In this document: one piece after another, positions 26,524 to 35,950 of the stretch
Position numbering within the stretch: the stretch's first letter is position 1
Layout of the letters: the number at the start of each line of letters is the position of its first letter
From: Candidatus Sumerlaeia bacterium
Lineage (GTDB): Bacteria; Sumerlaeota; Sumerlaeia; SLMS01; JANRJK01
Reading direction: 5' to 3'
Assembly (NCBI GenBank): GCA_033764015.1
Contig: JANRJK010000008.1
Location: 1-64,000 of the forward strand
DNA length: 64,000 bases
Made by a program: the position numbers and the translations under genes
The notes under the pieces: generated by a model
Database searches by the model: none
Seen by the model: the letters and a program-made list of their open reading frames with translations, nothing else
What the model was told of the DNA's origin: nothing

Positions 26524-28481
26524 ATACCCCGTTCGAGCGACGCCTCGGCTGGCTGCCCGCGCTCCTGCTGGCCGCCATGCCGCTGCTCGTGGTCCCCGCG
26601 GCGGCGGACTCCTTCGTCCTTCCCAAGTGGACGCTCCTCGCGCTCGGTGCGACCGCCCTCCTCGCCGCGGCGCTGATGCGCGCTCTCCGCGAGCGCCCCG
26701 TACGCATCGTCTTCCACCCGGCCACCGGGCTCCTGCTCGTGTGGCTCCTCTGGTCGCTCCTTTCCATCGCGTGGGCGGATTCCCGCCTGCTGGCGTGGCG
26801 CGAGTGCGGCCAGCTCGCCCTCGTCCTCGCCTTCGTGCTGGCCACGCAGTCGCTTCTCGCGAGGCGGCGGGACGACATGCTCCGGATCGGCGGGGCCCTC
26901 GCCGCGTCCTCGCTGCTCGTGGCCGCGTGGACCCTGTCGCAGGACTTCCGATTCGCGTTCGCGCCGGAGGGGTTGCGCTTCCGCGCGGTGCTCGGCGACT
27001 GGCGCGACGCCATCAGCGCCGTCGCCCTCGGCAACTCCGGGCATGTCGGCGACTTCCTCGCGCTCGGCTTCCTCATCTGGTTGGCGGTGCTCGCGGGGGC
27101 CCGCTCGCGGAGGCTCGCCCTCCTCGCCGCCGCCTCGCTCGCGGCGCACGCCGCTGCGCTCATCGCGGCCTGGTCCGTCCATAGCAACCTCTCGCTGATC
27201 GTCGGCTCCGCGGTGATGGCGCTGCTCGTCGCGCGGGACCGCGTGTGGGGGTGGCGCCGCAGGGCGCTCCGCTGGGGCAGCCTCGCGGTCGCCTTCGCCG
27301 CCGTGGTCGCCTTCTACACCCTCGATTCGCCGGCCAACCCGCACGGTTCCCGGGTGTGGGGCGGCGGAGACCCGGCAGCGCGCGGGGGCGTCTTCGCCCA
27401 GGCGTTCGCGAGCGAGCGCTGGCAGGACGGTTGGCCCACACGCGTCGCGATCTGGCTCACCAGTCTCGAGATTGTCCGCCAGCAGCCGTGGGCCGGCGTC
27501 GGCGCGGGCAATTTCACCTACGCGTATCCCGCCACCACCAGCGATCTCGTCGCCGCGGACGAGGCGCTCTCCCGCTACGCAGGCATGTGGACCAACGCCG
27601 CCCACAACGACGCCATCCAGCTCTGGGCCGAGCTCGGCGTTCCGGGCCTCGCCATCCTGTTGGCGCTCGCCGGCACGGCGTTCTGGCGCATCCTCAGCCG
27701 CATGGCCGAGGCGACTCCGGGCACCCGGCTGCTTCTCGCCACGGGCGGCGGCATGCTCGCGGCGCAGCTCGTCCAAATGCAGATGAGCTTCCCGCTCCAG
27801 CTTCCCTTGTCGCTCCTGCTCTTCGCATTCCTCGTTTCCTTCCCCGAGTTCCTCCCGCCGCGCGGCGCGGAGATCCGCGGCCAGTTCCTGGTCCCCGTGC
27901 AGCGCCGCTTCGGGCCGCTCTCCCTGCGCGTCACCCTCGCGAACTTCCAGATTCCCCGCGACATTTCCGTGTCGTTCCGCCTCGAACCCGCTGCGCGGCT
28001 CGCCGCCTCGGTCGTGCTCGCCGCCGGCGCCGCCGCGCTTGCGATCCCCGCGACGCGTCCGCTCCGCGCGGACATCGCCTACCGCGAGGCGCGCGAGGCC
28101 CGCTTCCGCATCGATGCCGCGCGTCCCGAGGGACCGCTCCCGCCGCGCGGCCAGTGGGCGCTCGCCGACGCTTACGAGGACGCCGCCCGCCGGGCGCTCG
28201 CCATCTGGCCGGGCCATGTCGACTGCCGCAGCGGCCTCAGCGGCCACCTGCTCCGCCAAGGGCGCTGGGAGGAGGCCCTCGCCGAGTCGGAGATCGTGCT
28301 CCGGGGCCTCAACGCGGTCGAGGTCTGGGAGCGCATGGCGGTCGCTAATCAAGCGCTTGGGCGCGCGGACGCCGCGGCAGCCAGTTTTGATGAAGTGTTT
28401 ACTCGACGTCCCGATTTCGGTTTCAAGTATCCGGGGCCGTATGGCACTTGGATCGCAGGGAAGGAAGAGGGTCGCAACTAA
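26520..28481 (+). CDS. O-antigen ligase / O-oligosaccharyltransferase (Wzy_C) family protein with C-terminal TPR-like region
   Basis: FVLPK, LGNSGH, RVAIW..QPWAGVGAGNF, AHNDAIQLWAELGVPGL, SFPLQ; GTGA overlap. Confidence 0.85.
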   Translation: MNTPFERRLGWLPALLLAAMPLLVVPAAADSFVLPKWTLLALGATALLAAALMRALRERPVRIVFHPATGLLLVWLLWSLLSIAWADSRLLAWRECGQLALVLAFVLATQSLLARRRDDMLRIGGALAASSLLVAAWTLSQDFRFAFAPEGLRFRAVLGDWRDAISAVALGNSGHVGDFLALGFLIWLAVLAGARSRRLALLAAASLAAHAAALIAAWSVHSNLSLIVGSAVMALLVARDRVWGWRRRALRWGSLAVAFAAVVAFYTLDSPANPHGSRVWGGGDPAARGGVFAQAFASERWQDGWPTRVAIWLTSLEIVRQQPWAGVGAGNFTYAYPATTSDLVAADEALSRYAGMWTNAAHNDAIQLWAELGVPGLAILLALAGTAFWRILSRMAEATPGTRLLLATGGGMLAAQLVQMQMSFPLQLPLSLLLFAFLVSFPEFLPPRGAEIRGQFLVPVQRRFGPLSLRVTLANFQIPRDISVSFRLEPAARLAASVVLAAGAAALAIPATRPLRADIAYREAREARFRIDAARPEGPLPPRGQWALADAYEDAARRALAIWPGHVDCRSGLSGHLLRQGRWEEALAESEIVLRGLNAVEVWERMAVANQALGRADAAAASFDEVFTRRPDFGFKYPGPYGTWIAGKEEGRN

Positions 28482-28502
28482 CCCCAACCCCCGAGGTGCC
28501 CA

Positions 28503-30029
28503 TTGGGTACGACGCGGAGCAGCGAGGCAGGCTTAACCCTCCTTGAACTACTGCGCCCCTGCGCGCTCCAGCGCTCCGGCGGGTCGGCTTCCGCCGCGCT
28601 GAACACCGTCCGCTCCCTCGGCCTCGCCGGCGCCACGATCCTCGCCGCCCTGCCCGCGCTCGCCGCGCTTCTCGCCGCTTCCCCCATGGCCTCGCTCCGG
28701 CTCGCATCGATCGGGGAGTCGCTCCGCCTCATCGCGTGGGAGGTCTTCGCCTACTACCCGTGGTGGCCCATCGGGCTCCTCACGCCGTTGCCCATCCTGC
28801 TCCACGGCTACCGCGTCCCCGGGCGGGGATGGATGGACGAACTGCTCGCGACCTCCGCCGCTCCCAGCGGCATCGTCCGCCTCGCCCTTGGCCCCGCGGT
28901 CCGCGTGTCCCTGGTGGTCACGCTCACGCTTGTCGGCGCGGCCGCGTGGCTGAATCTCCCGGGGCCTTTACCCGGCCTCGTTCCCGCTCCGGGAAGCGCG
29001 CCTCCGTCAGCCGGGCTTATCTGGGCCGCGGATGCCCTCACAGCCCTACTCTCCTGCCTGTTCTGCCTGCTGGGCTCCATTTTCATCTGGCTCCTCGCGC
29101 CGCGCAGCCGCGCCGCGTTCCTGCTGCTCTACCCCCTCCTGCTCCTCACTGGGGGCGCGCTCCTCTTCGAAGGTGTTCCCCGCGCGGTGGAACTGCTCGC
29201 ATCGGGCATCGGGGACACGTCGAATCCGGTGGCGGCACGGATCGCCGCCATCGCGGCGCAGGCGCTCATCCTCGCGGGGGCCGAGCGATTCCTAGGCGCC
29301 CTTCCGGTGCGGCTCGACAGCGACGCCCCCGAGTGGCCGCGGCTCCATCCCTCGCGCAGACGCCTCGCACCCTCCGGTGTGGCCGGGGCCGCCCGCACGG
29401 TTTGCCACGCCTTAGCCCTCAGCGCGGCCTTCGCGTTCGGGCTCCTCGCCGTCATCGCGCTGGGCGCTGCGGCGGACCCGGTCCGCCTTTCCGGCGGCCT
29501 CGTGGCGCTGCTGGGTGCCGTCGCGCTCCTTGGTGGCACACGGGAACTTCCCGAGCGGCGATCCTCCCCGCACGCCCTCCCCCTCATCGCGGGTGTCGCC
29601 GCCTTCGCGGGCATCGTCATCCAGCTCTGGTCGGAGGAGTCCCGCGTCGCCTACGCGTTCTACGGCGTCCGCATCTCCGCCTGCTACGTCGCCTGCGCGC
29701 TTTGGCCCGTCGTGGCGGTCGTCTTCGCGGGAGTGGAGCGCCGACGGATCGAGTCGCTTCCACGCACGGGCTCGCTCGGCACCCGGCGCTTCGCCGCGCT
29801 CGCACCGCTGGCCCTGGCGCTGGGCGCCGCCACCGCGCTCCCGGCAGGCGCCGTAGATGGATGGAGTTCCTGGCACACGGTCCATCTGGTGCTCTCGATC
29901 AGCATGGGGATCGGCCTCATCGCCAGCATCATCGCCGCGCGCCGCGCCTTGGCCGCCCCTTCCGATCGGATGCCTACGGAGGCAATGTGCCCCTTGTCCG
30001 AACCGGTCGGCGTCCCGCAATCTGCCTGA
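28503..30029 (+). CDS. Hypothetical multi-pass membrane protein (start uncertain)
   Basis: 508-aa ORF filling the gap in a co-directional run; about 10 hydrophobic segments. Confidence 0.6.
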   Translation: MGTTRSSEAGLTLLELLRPCALQRSGGSASAALNTVRSLGLAGATILAALPALAALLAASPMASLRLASIGESLRLIAWEVFAYYPWWPIGLLTPLPILLHGYRVPGRGWMDELLATSAAPSGIVRLALGPAVRVSLVVTLTLVGAAAWLNLPGPLPGLVPAPGSAPPSAGLIWAADALTALLSCLFCLLGSIFIWLLAPRSRAAFLLLYPLLLLTGGALLFEGVPRAVELLASGIGDTSNPVAARIAAIAAQALILAGAERFLGALPVRLDSDAPEWPRLHPSRRRLAPSGVAGAARTVCHALALSAAFAFGLLAVIALGAAADPVRLSGGLVALLGAVALLGGTRELPERRSSPHALPLIAGVAAFAGIVIQLWSEESRVAYAFYGVRISACYVACALWPVVAVVFAGVERRRIESLPRTGSLGTRRFAALAPLALALGAATALPAGAVDGWSSWHTVHLVLSISMGIGLIASIIAARRALAAPSDRMPTEAMCPLSEPVGVPQSA

Positions 30030-30074
30030 GGACGCCGCGAGCGTTCCCGCGACTCCCCACCGGTTCCCGAGCAC

Positions 30075-33000
30075 ATGGCCCACCTGTCCGCAACCGCGCC
30101 GCGCGCGATCCGCGTAGCCGCATTCCTCGCCGCCTTCGCGGCCGCAGCCTCCGCCGGCGAATGGCCGGAGCGCGCCGAGCCATCGAGGATCGCGGTGCTT
30201 GGCGAGGCCGCCGCTCATCCCGGCGCCGAGGCGTACGCCGCCGGTTGGTCCTTCCTTAAGGTCCCCGAAGGCACCGACCCCCGCACGTTCTCACGCGGAC
30301 TAGGAGCTGCCTGGACTTCCCCGGTGCTCACTGACGATCTCGGCGGTCCGCTACTGATCCAGAACGCCCTGCTGATCCGCTTCCACTCGGCAGCCGCTCC
30401 GAGCGAATGGCGCGCGCTCCTCGCAAAGCACGGCTACGACCCCGGGCGCGCCGAACCGCTCGCCGGGAGCGCGCACACCTTCCGGATCCCCGCGCGCACC
30501 AGCTCCGCGCTCGACCTTCTAGCGGACGAGCAGGCGCTCGCGTCCGAGTCGATCGTCGAATGGGCCGAGGCGGACCGCCTCTTCACCACGGCCCCCCAGG
30601 CGATTCCGAACGACCCCCTCTTTGGCGACTCGTGGGCGCTGCGCAACACGGGCCAGCAGGGCGGCCTGGCGGGGTTCGACCTCGGCGCAGAGCGCGCATG
30701 GGACCGCGAGCTCGGCAGCCCGGTGATCCGCGCAGTGATCCTCGATGTGGGAATCGATGGTTCGCACGAGGACCTGTCCCTGGCCGGGGGCTCGAACTTC
30801 ACCAGCGAAGCATCCAACACCGGCCAGCCCGTCACCCTGTGCGACAACCACGGCACCTACGTCGCCGGCACCATCACGGGCCGCTACGGCAATGGTCTGG
30901 GCACCACCGGCCTTGCTCCGGGGCTGCAGGTGGCCAGCGCCCGCATCGCCTCCGCACCCACCGTCTCGGGCTGCGGCTCGAATCCCGTCACTAGCTCCAC
31001 CTGGATCGTCAACGCGCTCCAGTGGGCGAAGGACACCGGCAGCCGCATGACCGTGACACCGCTCGACTTCGGCAGCAGCACCGCTGCGGTGAACGACAAG
31101 TACGACGAATTGCGCGCGGCGGGCATTCTGAACTTCGCCGCCGCCGGCAACAGCAACCGGGCCTCCGTCGGGTTCCCCGCCCGGCTCGATTCGGTCCTCG
31201 CCATCGGCGCCGTCAACCGCACCGGAGTCCGCGCGCCGTTCAGCAGCTTCGGCTTCGACCTCTCCTTCACAGCCCCCGGCGAAGCCATCTCCACCACTGA
31301 CCGAATGGGGTCCCTCGGCGCCGACCCCGGGAACTACACGACGGCGAGCGGCACTTCCCTCGCCGCCGGGTACGCCGCGGCGGTGGCGGGCCTGGTATGG
31401 TCCTACAACCGCACGCTCACCGCCGACGAGGTGGAGGCGATCCTCGCCGCAAGCGCCCGCGACCTCGGCACCGCCGGCTTCGACACGCAGTTCGGCGGCG
31501 GCCTCCTCGACGCGGCACGCGCACTCGACATCACGCCCGAGCCCCCCCGCGTCGAAGTCTCCCCGACCTCCCTCACGCAGACGACCTTTCGAAGCACCGT
31601 CGCCGCCCCGGTCTCCTTCACGGTCTCGAACACCGGCGCCTCCAATGTGAACTACACCGTGAACGAGGGGCTCGCGTGGGCTCAGCCCTCCCGCGTCTCG
31701 GGCACCTTGTCGCCCGGGGCGACCGACACCATCACGGTGACCTTCGACTCGATCGCGCTCCCGCTCGGCACCTACTCCGGCACGATCACCATTTCGGACC
31801 CGCTCGCGGAGGGTTCGCCCGCCAACATCGCGATCACGCTCAACGTCGAGCCGCGCCCCTCTCCCCCCACGATCCTGGCGATTCCGGACGAGGTGGTGCT
31901 GAACTATCGCGCCGGCGCCAGCAGCGCCACCCCCGCCACCTTCACGCTACAGAACGTCGGCGGCGGCTTGCTGGACTATGACATCATCCCACGCGACCCG
32001 TGGCTCACCGTGACGCCGTCCCGCGGCAGCATCCCGGTGGGCCAGCTCGAGTTCATCACCGTCGAAGCCAACACCACGGGCTTCGTCCAGTCCCTGATTC
32101 CAACGGGGCTCGACATCTTCGCGACTGGCGCCACGAACTCACCGACCTTCATCAACGCAGCGCTCCGGCGCGACGACTGCGCCTTCACTCTCGACCGCTT
32201 CTTCGCCGATTTCGGAGTCGGGGGCGGAGTCATCCCCTTCAATGTCTTCGCCAACGCCACCTGTGATTGGACCGTCTCCGGCGGACCTTCCTGGGTGAAG
32301 GCCTCCCGCAGCGAGGGCGTCGGCCCCGGGCTGGTAACCCTCGAGGCGGACGCCAACGCCGGCCCCGCACGCACCGCCACCATCACCATCGCGGAGCAAA
32401 CAGTCACCATCGCCCAGGCCGCGGGCCTCGATTCGCAATCCGTCGACGCACTCGACCCCAACGACGGATTCTCGACCGGCGCGCCGCTCGTCACGGTCGG
32501 CCGCCGCCTCTCGGGCCTGCTACTCGAAGGCGAGGATTGGTTCCGCGTCCCCGTCGACTCCTGCGAAGCGGTCGTCATCCGCGCCGAATTCATCCAGGCG
32601 GAGGGCGACATCAACCTGCAGGTCTTCGACCCGCGCTGCTCGACCGGGTTTCCCCGCATCGTCGGCTCCGCCTACGGCACCCTCGATGGCGAACGCGTCA
32701 ACGTGGTAGATGTGACCGGCATCAACCAACAGCTCTACGTCCGCGTGTACAGCGACTCCGGCGCCACGTTCCAACGCTACGCCCTCGAAGTCTCCGAAGT
32801 CGGGCGCGACGACGCCTACGAGCCCAACAACACGCCCTGCCAATTCCGCAACCTCCCGCTGGGCGCCACCTACACCGACCTCATCCTGAAGGATGACGAC
32901 GTCTTCGGCCTCAGCACCCTCGGAGTCCAGGCGCTCGACATCGACCTCGAGCACGATCCACTCGGAGGCCAGCTCTACGTCATGGTCCTCGAACAGGATC

Positions 33001-33902
33001 CCTCCTGCGGCTACCGGGTGATCGCCGGCAACTTCACCCCCAACGAGCGCCTGCTCTCGCTTCGCAACGTGCCGACCGGCGGAGCCGCGACCACCCTTGT
33101 GCGCGTGTATGCCGCCACGCGCGGCACCAACTTCTACAACCTGTCGGTACGCCGCGCCGGCGAGGCGGCCGCACGCGTCGTCGACACCACCAAGCTCTTA
33201 CCGGCGCCCTTCGACGCGGCCCAAGACGCGAAGCCCTTCCCCGCGCGCTCCAGCACCTTCGCCACCGATGAGTTCTTCCAGCTCAACCCCGGCCCCTGCG
33301 ACACAGTTCGCGTGAACCTCGACTTCTCCCACGCGGAAGGGGACCTAAACCTCGAGCTCTACGACTTCCGATGCAACACGCTCTCCGGCCAGCCCCAGCG
33401 AGTCGGCGAGAGCTACTCGACCACCGACCGCGAGTCGATCGCCTACATCGACCGCACCAACGTGGGGGGGTCCCTTTTCGCCCGCGTCTATGGCGAAGCC
33501 GGCATCACAAATCCCAACTTCACGCTTAGCGTGGATTCGCTCGGCGGCGACGACGCCTTCGAGGAGAACGATTTCCCCTGCGCCGCCACGCCCTTCCCGA
33601 TGGGCGGGGATGTCGCCGAATTGATCCTGCGCGACGACGACTTCTATGTCGTGAACACAGCGGGGCTCGGATTCCTCACGGTCGAGGTCGAGGCGCCCAA
33701 GTTCTCCGGCCAGCTCTACTTCCAGATTCTGGAGGACGACTCGTCCTGCGCGTACAACGTCATCGAAGGCTTCTACGAGCCGAACCTCGACTTGATGCGC
33801 TTGCAAGACCTGCCGCTGAACGGTCGCCAGAGCGTTCGCGTCCGCGTTTACGGCGCGAGCGGCGAAACAAACGTCTACCGGCTCAAGGTGGAGGGGCGCT
33901 GA
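30075..33902 (+). CDS. Secreted S8 (subtilase) serine peptidase with BACON-like and repeated PPC-like C-terminal domains
   Basis: Signal peptide; triad ILDVG / NHGTYVAG / SGTSLAA, oxyanion AAGN; BACON-like W-containing repeats; GDINLQVFD / GDLNLELYD repeats. Confidence 0.9.
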   Translation: MAHLSATAPRAIRVAAFLAAFAAAASAGEWPERAEPSRIAVLGEAAAHPGAEAYAAGWSFLKVPEGTDPRTFSRGLGAAWTSPVLTDDLGGPLLIQNALLIRFHSAAAPSEWRALLAKHGYDPGRAEPLAGSAHTFRIPARTSSALDLLADEQALASESIVEWAEADRLFTTAPQAIPNDPLFGDSWALRNTGQQGGLAGFDLGAERAWDRELGSPVIRAVILDVGIDGSHEDLSLAGGSNFTSEASNTGQPVTLCDNHGTYVAGTITGRYGNGLGTTGLAPGLQVASARIASAPTVSGCGSNPVTSSTWIVNALQWAKDTGSRMTVTPLDFGSSTAAVNDKYDELRAAGILNFAAAGNSNRASVGFPARLDSVLAIGAVNRTGVRAPFSSFGFDLSFTAPGEAISTTDRMGSLGADPGNYTTASGTSLAAGYAAAVAGLVWSYNRTLTADEVEAILAASARDLGTAGFDTQFGGGLLDAARALDITPEPPRVEVSPTSLTQTTFRSTVAAPVSFTVSNTGASNVNYTVNEGLAWAQPSRVSGTLSPGATDTITVTFDSIALPLGTYSGTITISDPLAEGSPANIAITLNVEPRPSPPTILAIPDEVVLNYRAGASSATPATFTLQNVGGGLLDYDIIPRDPWLTVTPSRGSIPVGQLEFITVEANTTGFVQSLIPTGLDIFATGATNSPTFINAALRRDDCAFTLDRFFADFGVGGGVIPFNVFANATCDWTVSGGPSWVKASRSEGVGPGLVTLEADANAGPARTATITIAEQTVTIAQAAGLDSQSVDALDPNDGFSTGAPLVTVGRRLSGLLLEGEDWFRVPVDSCEAVVIRAEFIQAEGDINLQVFDPRCSTGFPRIVGSAYGTLDGERVNVVDVTGINQQLYVRVYSDSGATFQRYALEVSEVGRDDAYEPNNTPCQFRNLPLGATYTDLILKDDDVFGLSTLGVQALDIDLEHDPLGGQLYVMVLEQDPSCGYRVIAGNFTPNERLLSLRNVPTGGAATTLVRVYAATRGTNFYNLSVRRAGEAAARVVDTTKLLPAPFDAAQDAKPFPARSSTFATDEFFQLNPGPCDTVRVNLDFSHAEGDLNLELYDFRCNTLSGQPQRVGESYSTTDRESIAYIDRTNVGGSLFARVYGEAGITNPNFTLSVDSLGGDDAFEENDFPCAATPFPMGGDVAELILRDDDFYVVNTAGLGFLTVEVEAPKFSGQLYFQILEDDSSCAYNVIEGFYEPNLDLMRLQDLPLNGRQSVRVRVYGASGETNVYRLKVEGR

Positions 33903-33920
33903 CCGGCGCCCCTCCGCGCA

Positions 33921-35048
33921 TCAATCCGCCGCGACCGTCGGGCCCAGCAGCGTGAACGGCGACGCGTAGCCCACCATCTCCACGTAGCCGACGCCCGCAA
34001 CCGCGCGTCCGCCGCTCGTGCCAGTGACTCGTACCGCGCCCTCCCAGTACGCCGTGCCGGTGGTGCGCTGCTTCAGCATCTCCTGGTCCTCGAAAAGCGC
34101 CTCGACCGCCAAGTCGATGCCGCGCTCCGGCACCTCGATGCGCCAACCCATCGGGTACGTCGCGCCCGTGTGGGGGCTCGTCCAGGACCCGGTCGGCTCG
34201 ATGGTGTAGCCGCCCTTCGCGAGCGGCACCGTCGATCTATCCGCCAACACCAGTGTCCCCGTCGCGTTCGGGTTGTAGCTGCCGTCGCGCCGCTTCAGCC
34301 GGTAAACCATCAGCTCCGTGTCGTCATCGAGCTGCAGCGCGAACCAGTCCCAACCGGTGTCGCCGCCGTCGAGCAATTCGCTAAAGAACTCGTGGTCCAT
34401 CCACGACGTGCCCGCGACGCGCCGCTCCGCGCCCTGCCAAGTCAGCGTGCCCTCGGTGCGCAGCCGCGTGAAGCTGACGTAGTGCGACGCCTGGCGCGGG
34501 TCCGCCGCCTTCTGGTGCACGCCGTCTTCGCCGTGGATCACGGGCGGCTTCTCCGGCGTTAGCCGCAAGTCAAGCGCGCCGAACTCCCCGGAGGCCGCCA
34601 CCGCGATCGACCCATCCTCCAGCAGCACGCACTTCCAGTCGCTCATCCGCACATCGAGCGTCTCCGTCGAAGCGGACGCCTGCCCCAGGCCCGCGCGGCC
34701 GACGCGCTCCGCGGAGCCATGCCGCTTGCCGCGCCCGTCGCTGATGCCGGCGTGGCCGACGAACAACTCGGAGGCCGCCAGCGGCGACGCGGTCTCAAGC
34801 CCCCCCAGCGGCTCCAGCCGGTTGCGGAAGAACGTAAGCTGGTAGCCGAACGGGTCGCCGTTCTCCGCCTCGACGTTACCGGTGAAGTACCACCACTCGG
34901 TCTTGAACTCCGGGTGGCTGCCGTGATCGCGGGGGAACTCGAAGGCGAAGCCGGGTCGCGCGGGGCGGAAGCCCTCGGCGGGGAGCGCCGCGGCCAGCGA
35001 CAGCAGCACGGCGGCAGAATAGAGGCGGGGGAGGGACGGGTAGCTCAT
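33921..35048 (-). CDS. AttH/CrtC-like lipocalin-fold secreted protein
   Basis: From MSYPSLP; FPRDHGSHPEFKTEWWYFTGN, GYQLTFFR, SWMDHEF, GWDWF, YWEGAV, GYVEMVGY. Confidence 0.88.
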   Translation of the reverse strand: MSYPSLPRLYSAAVLLSLAAALPAEGFRPARPGFAFEFPRDHGSHPEFKTEWWYFTGNVEAENGDPFGYQLTFFRNRLEPLGGLETASPLAASELFVGHAGISDGRGKRHGSAERVGRAGLGQASASTETLDVRMSDWKCVLLEDGSIAVAASGEFGALDLRLTPEKPPVIHGEDGVHQKAADPRQASHYVSFTRLRTEGTLTWQGAERRVAGTSWMDHEFFSELLDGGDTGWDWFALQLDDDTELMVYRLKRRDGSYNPNATGTLVLADRSTVPLAKGGYTIEPTGSWTSPHTGATYPMGWRIEVPERGIDLAVEALFEDQEMLKQRTTGTAYWEGAVRVTGTSGGRAVAGVGYVEMVGYASPFTLLGPTVAAD

Positions 35049-35077
35049 GCCGCCCGGAGGAACCAAAGCCGTGCCGG

Positions 35078-35950
35078 TCACTCGCCGCGGAGACGCCGCA
35101 TCGTTTCCCAGGTCGCCTCTTCGATGTCCGGGCGGTGCCCCGGCATCGGCGCCCTCGGCGGCGGGGGAGCGAGCGTGCTCGCCTTGGGGGCGTCCGTTGG
35201 CGCATGCGCCAGCGGGCGGAACCGCAGCTCCGCCGCCGGGTAGTGCGCCGGTGTCGGCGGCACGTCGTCGCCGCAAACCGGCGTCTCGGCGTGCCGGCGG
35301 GGATCGGCGCTGCCCATCCGCTCCTTGAGCGACAGCAGCTCCTCCATCGAGTCGAGGTCCAGCGTGTGCAGGTCGCCGAGCTGCAGCGCGTTCAGCAGAA
35401 TGCGGGCGTACTGGTCCAGCGTCTCCAACCGGTAGTAGGCATCGAAGGGATCGTGCCCCACCACGATCGCGCCGTGGTTCGCCAGCAGGAACGCATCGTG
35501 GTTGCGCACCCACGGCGCCAGCGACCGGGCGAAGTCCCACGTGCCGGTCGTCGCGTAGGGCACCAGCGGCACCGGCCCGAGGTTCACCTCCGCTTCCGCC
35601 ACCACGCAACGGGGGAGCGGCCGCCGCGCGATCGCGAACGCCAGGCCGTGCGGCGGGTGCGCGTGGACCACGCAGCGCACATCGGGGCGTTCGCGGTAAA
35701 TGAACAGGTGCGCCTTGATCTCGCTCGTGAGGCGCCGGTGCCCCTCGAGCTGCCGCCCGTCCAGGTCCACCACCACCATGTCCTCGGGGCGCATGAAGCC
35801 CTTCGAGGACATGGTCGGCGTCGCCAGCACGCGGTTCTCGCCCACGCGTTGCGAAAAGTTGCCGTCGTTGCTTGCCACATAGCCGCGGTCCCAAACGCGG
35901 CGGCCCACCTCGCAGAACGCCTCGCGAAGGCGCTGTTCAAGCTCGTTCAT
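35078..35950 (-). CDS. Class II aldolase/adducin family (fuculose/rhamnulose-phosphate aldolase-like) with C-terminal extension
   Basis: From MNELEQ; NDGNFS, TPT, TSE..AH, VVHAHPPH, LLANHG. Confidence 0.9.
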   Translation of the reverse strand: MNELEQRLREAFCEVGRRVWDRGYVASNDGNFSQRVGENRVLATPTMSSKGFMRPEDMVVVDLDGRQLEGHRRLTSEIKAHLFIYRERPDVRCVVHAHPPHGLAFAIARRPLPRCVVAEAEVNLGPVPLVPYATTGTWDFARSLAPWVRNHDAFLLANHGAIVVGHDPFDAYYRLETLDQYARILLNALQLGDLHTLDLDSMEELLSLKERMGSADPRRHAETPVCGDDVPPTPAHYPAAELRFRPLAHAPTDAPKASTLAPPPPRAPMPGHRPDIEEATWETMRRLRGE

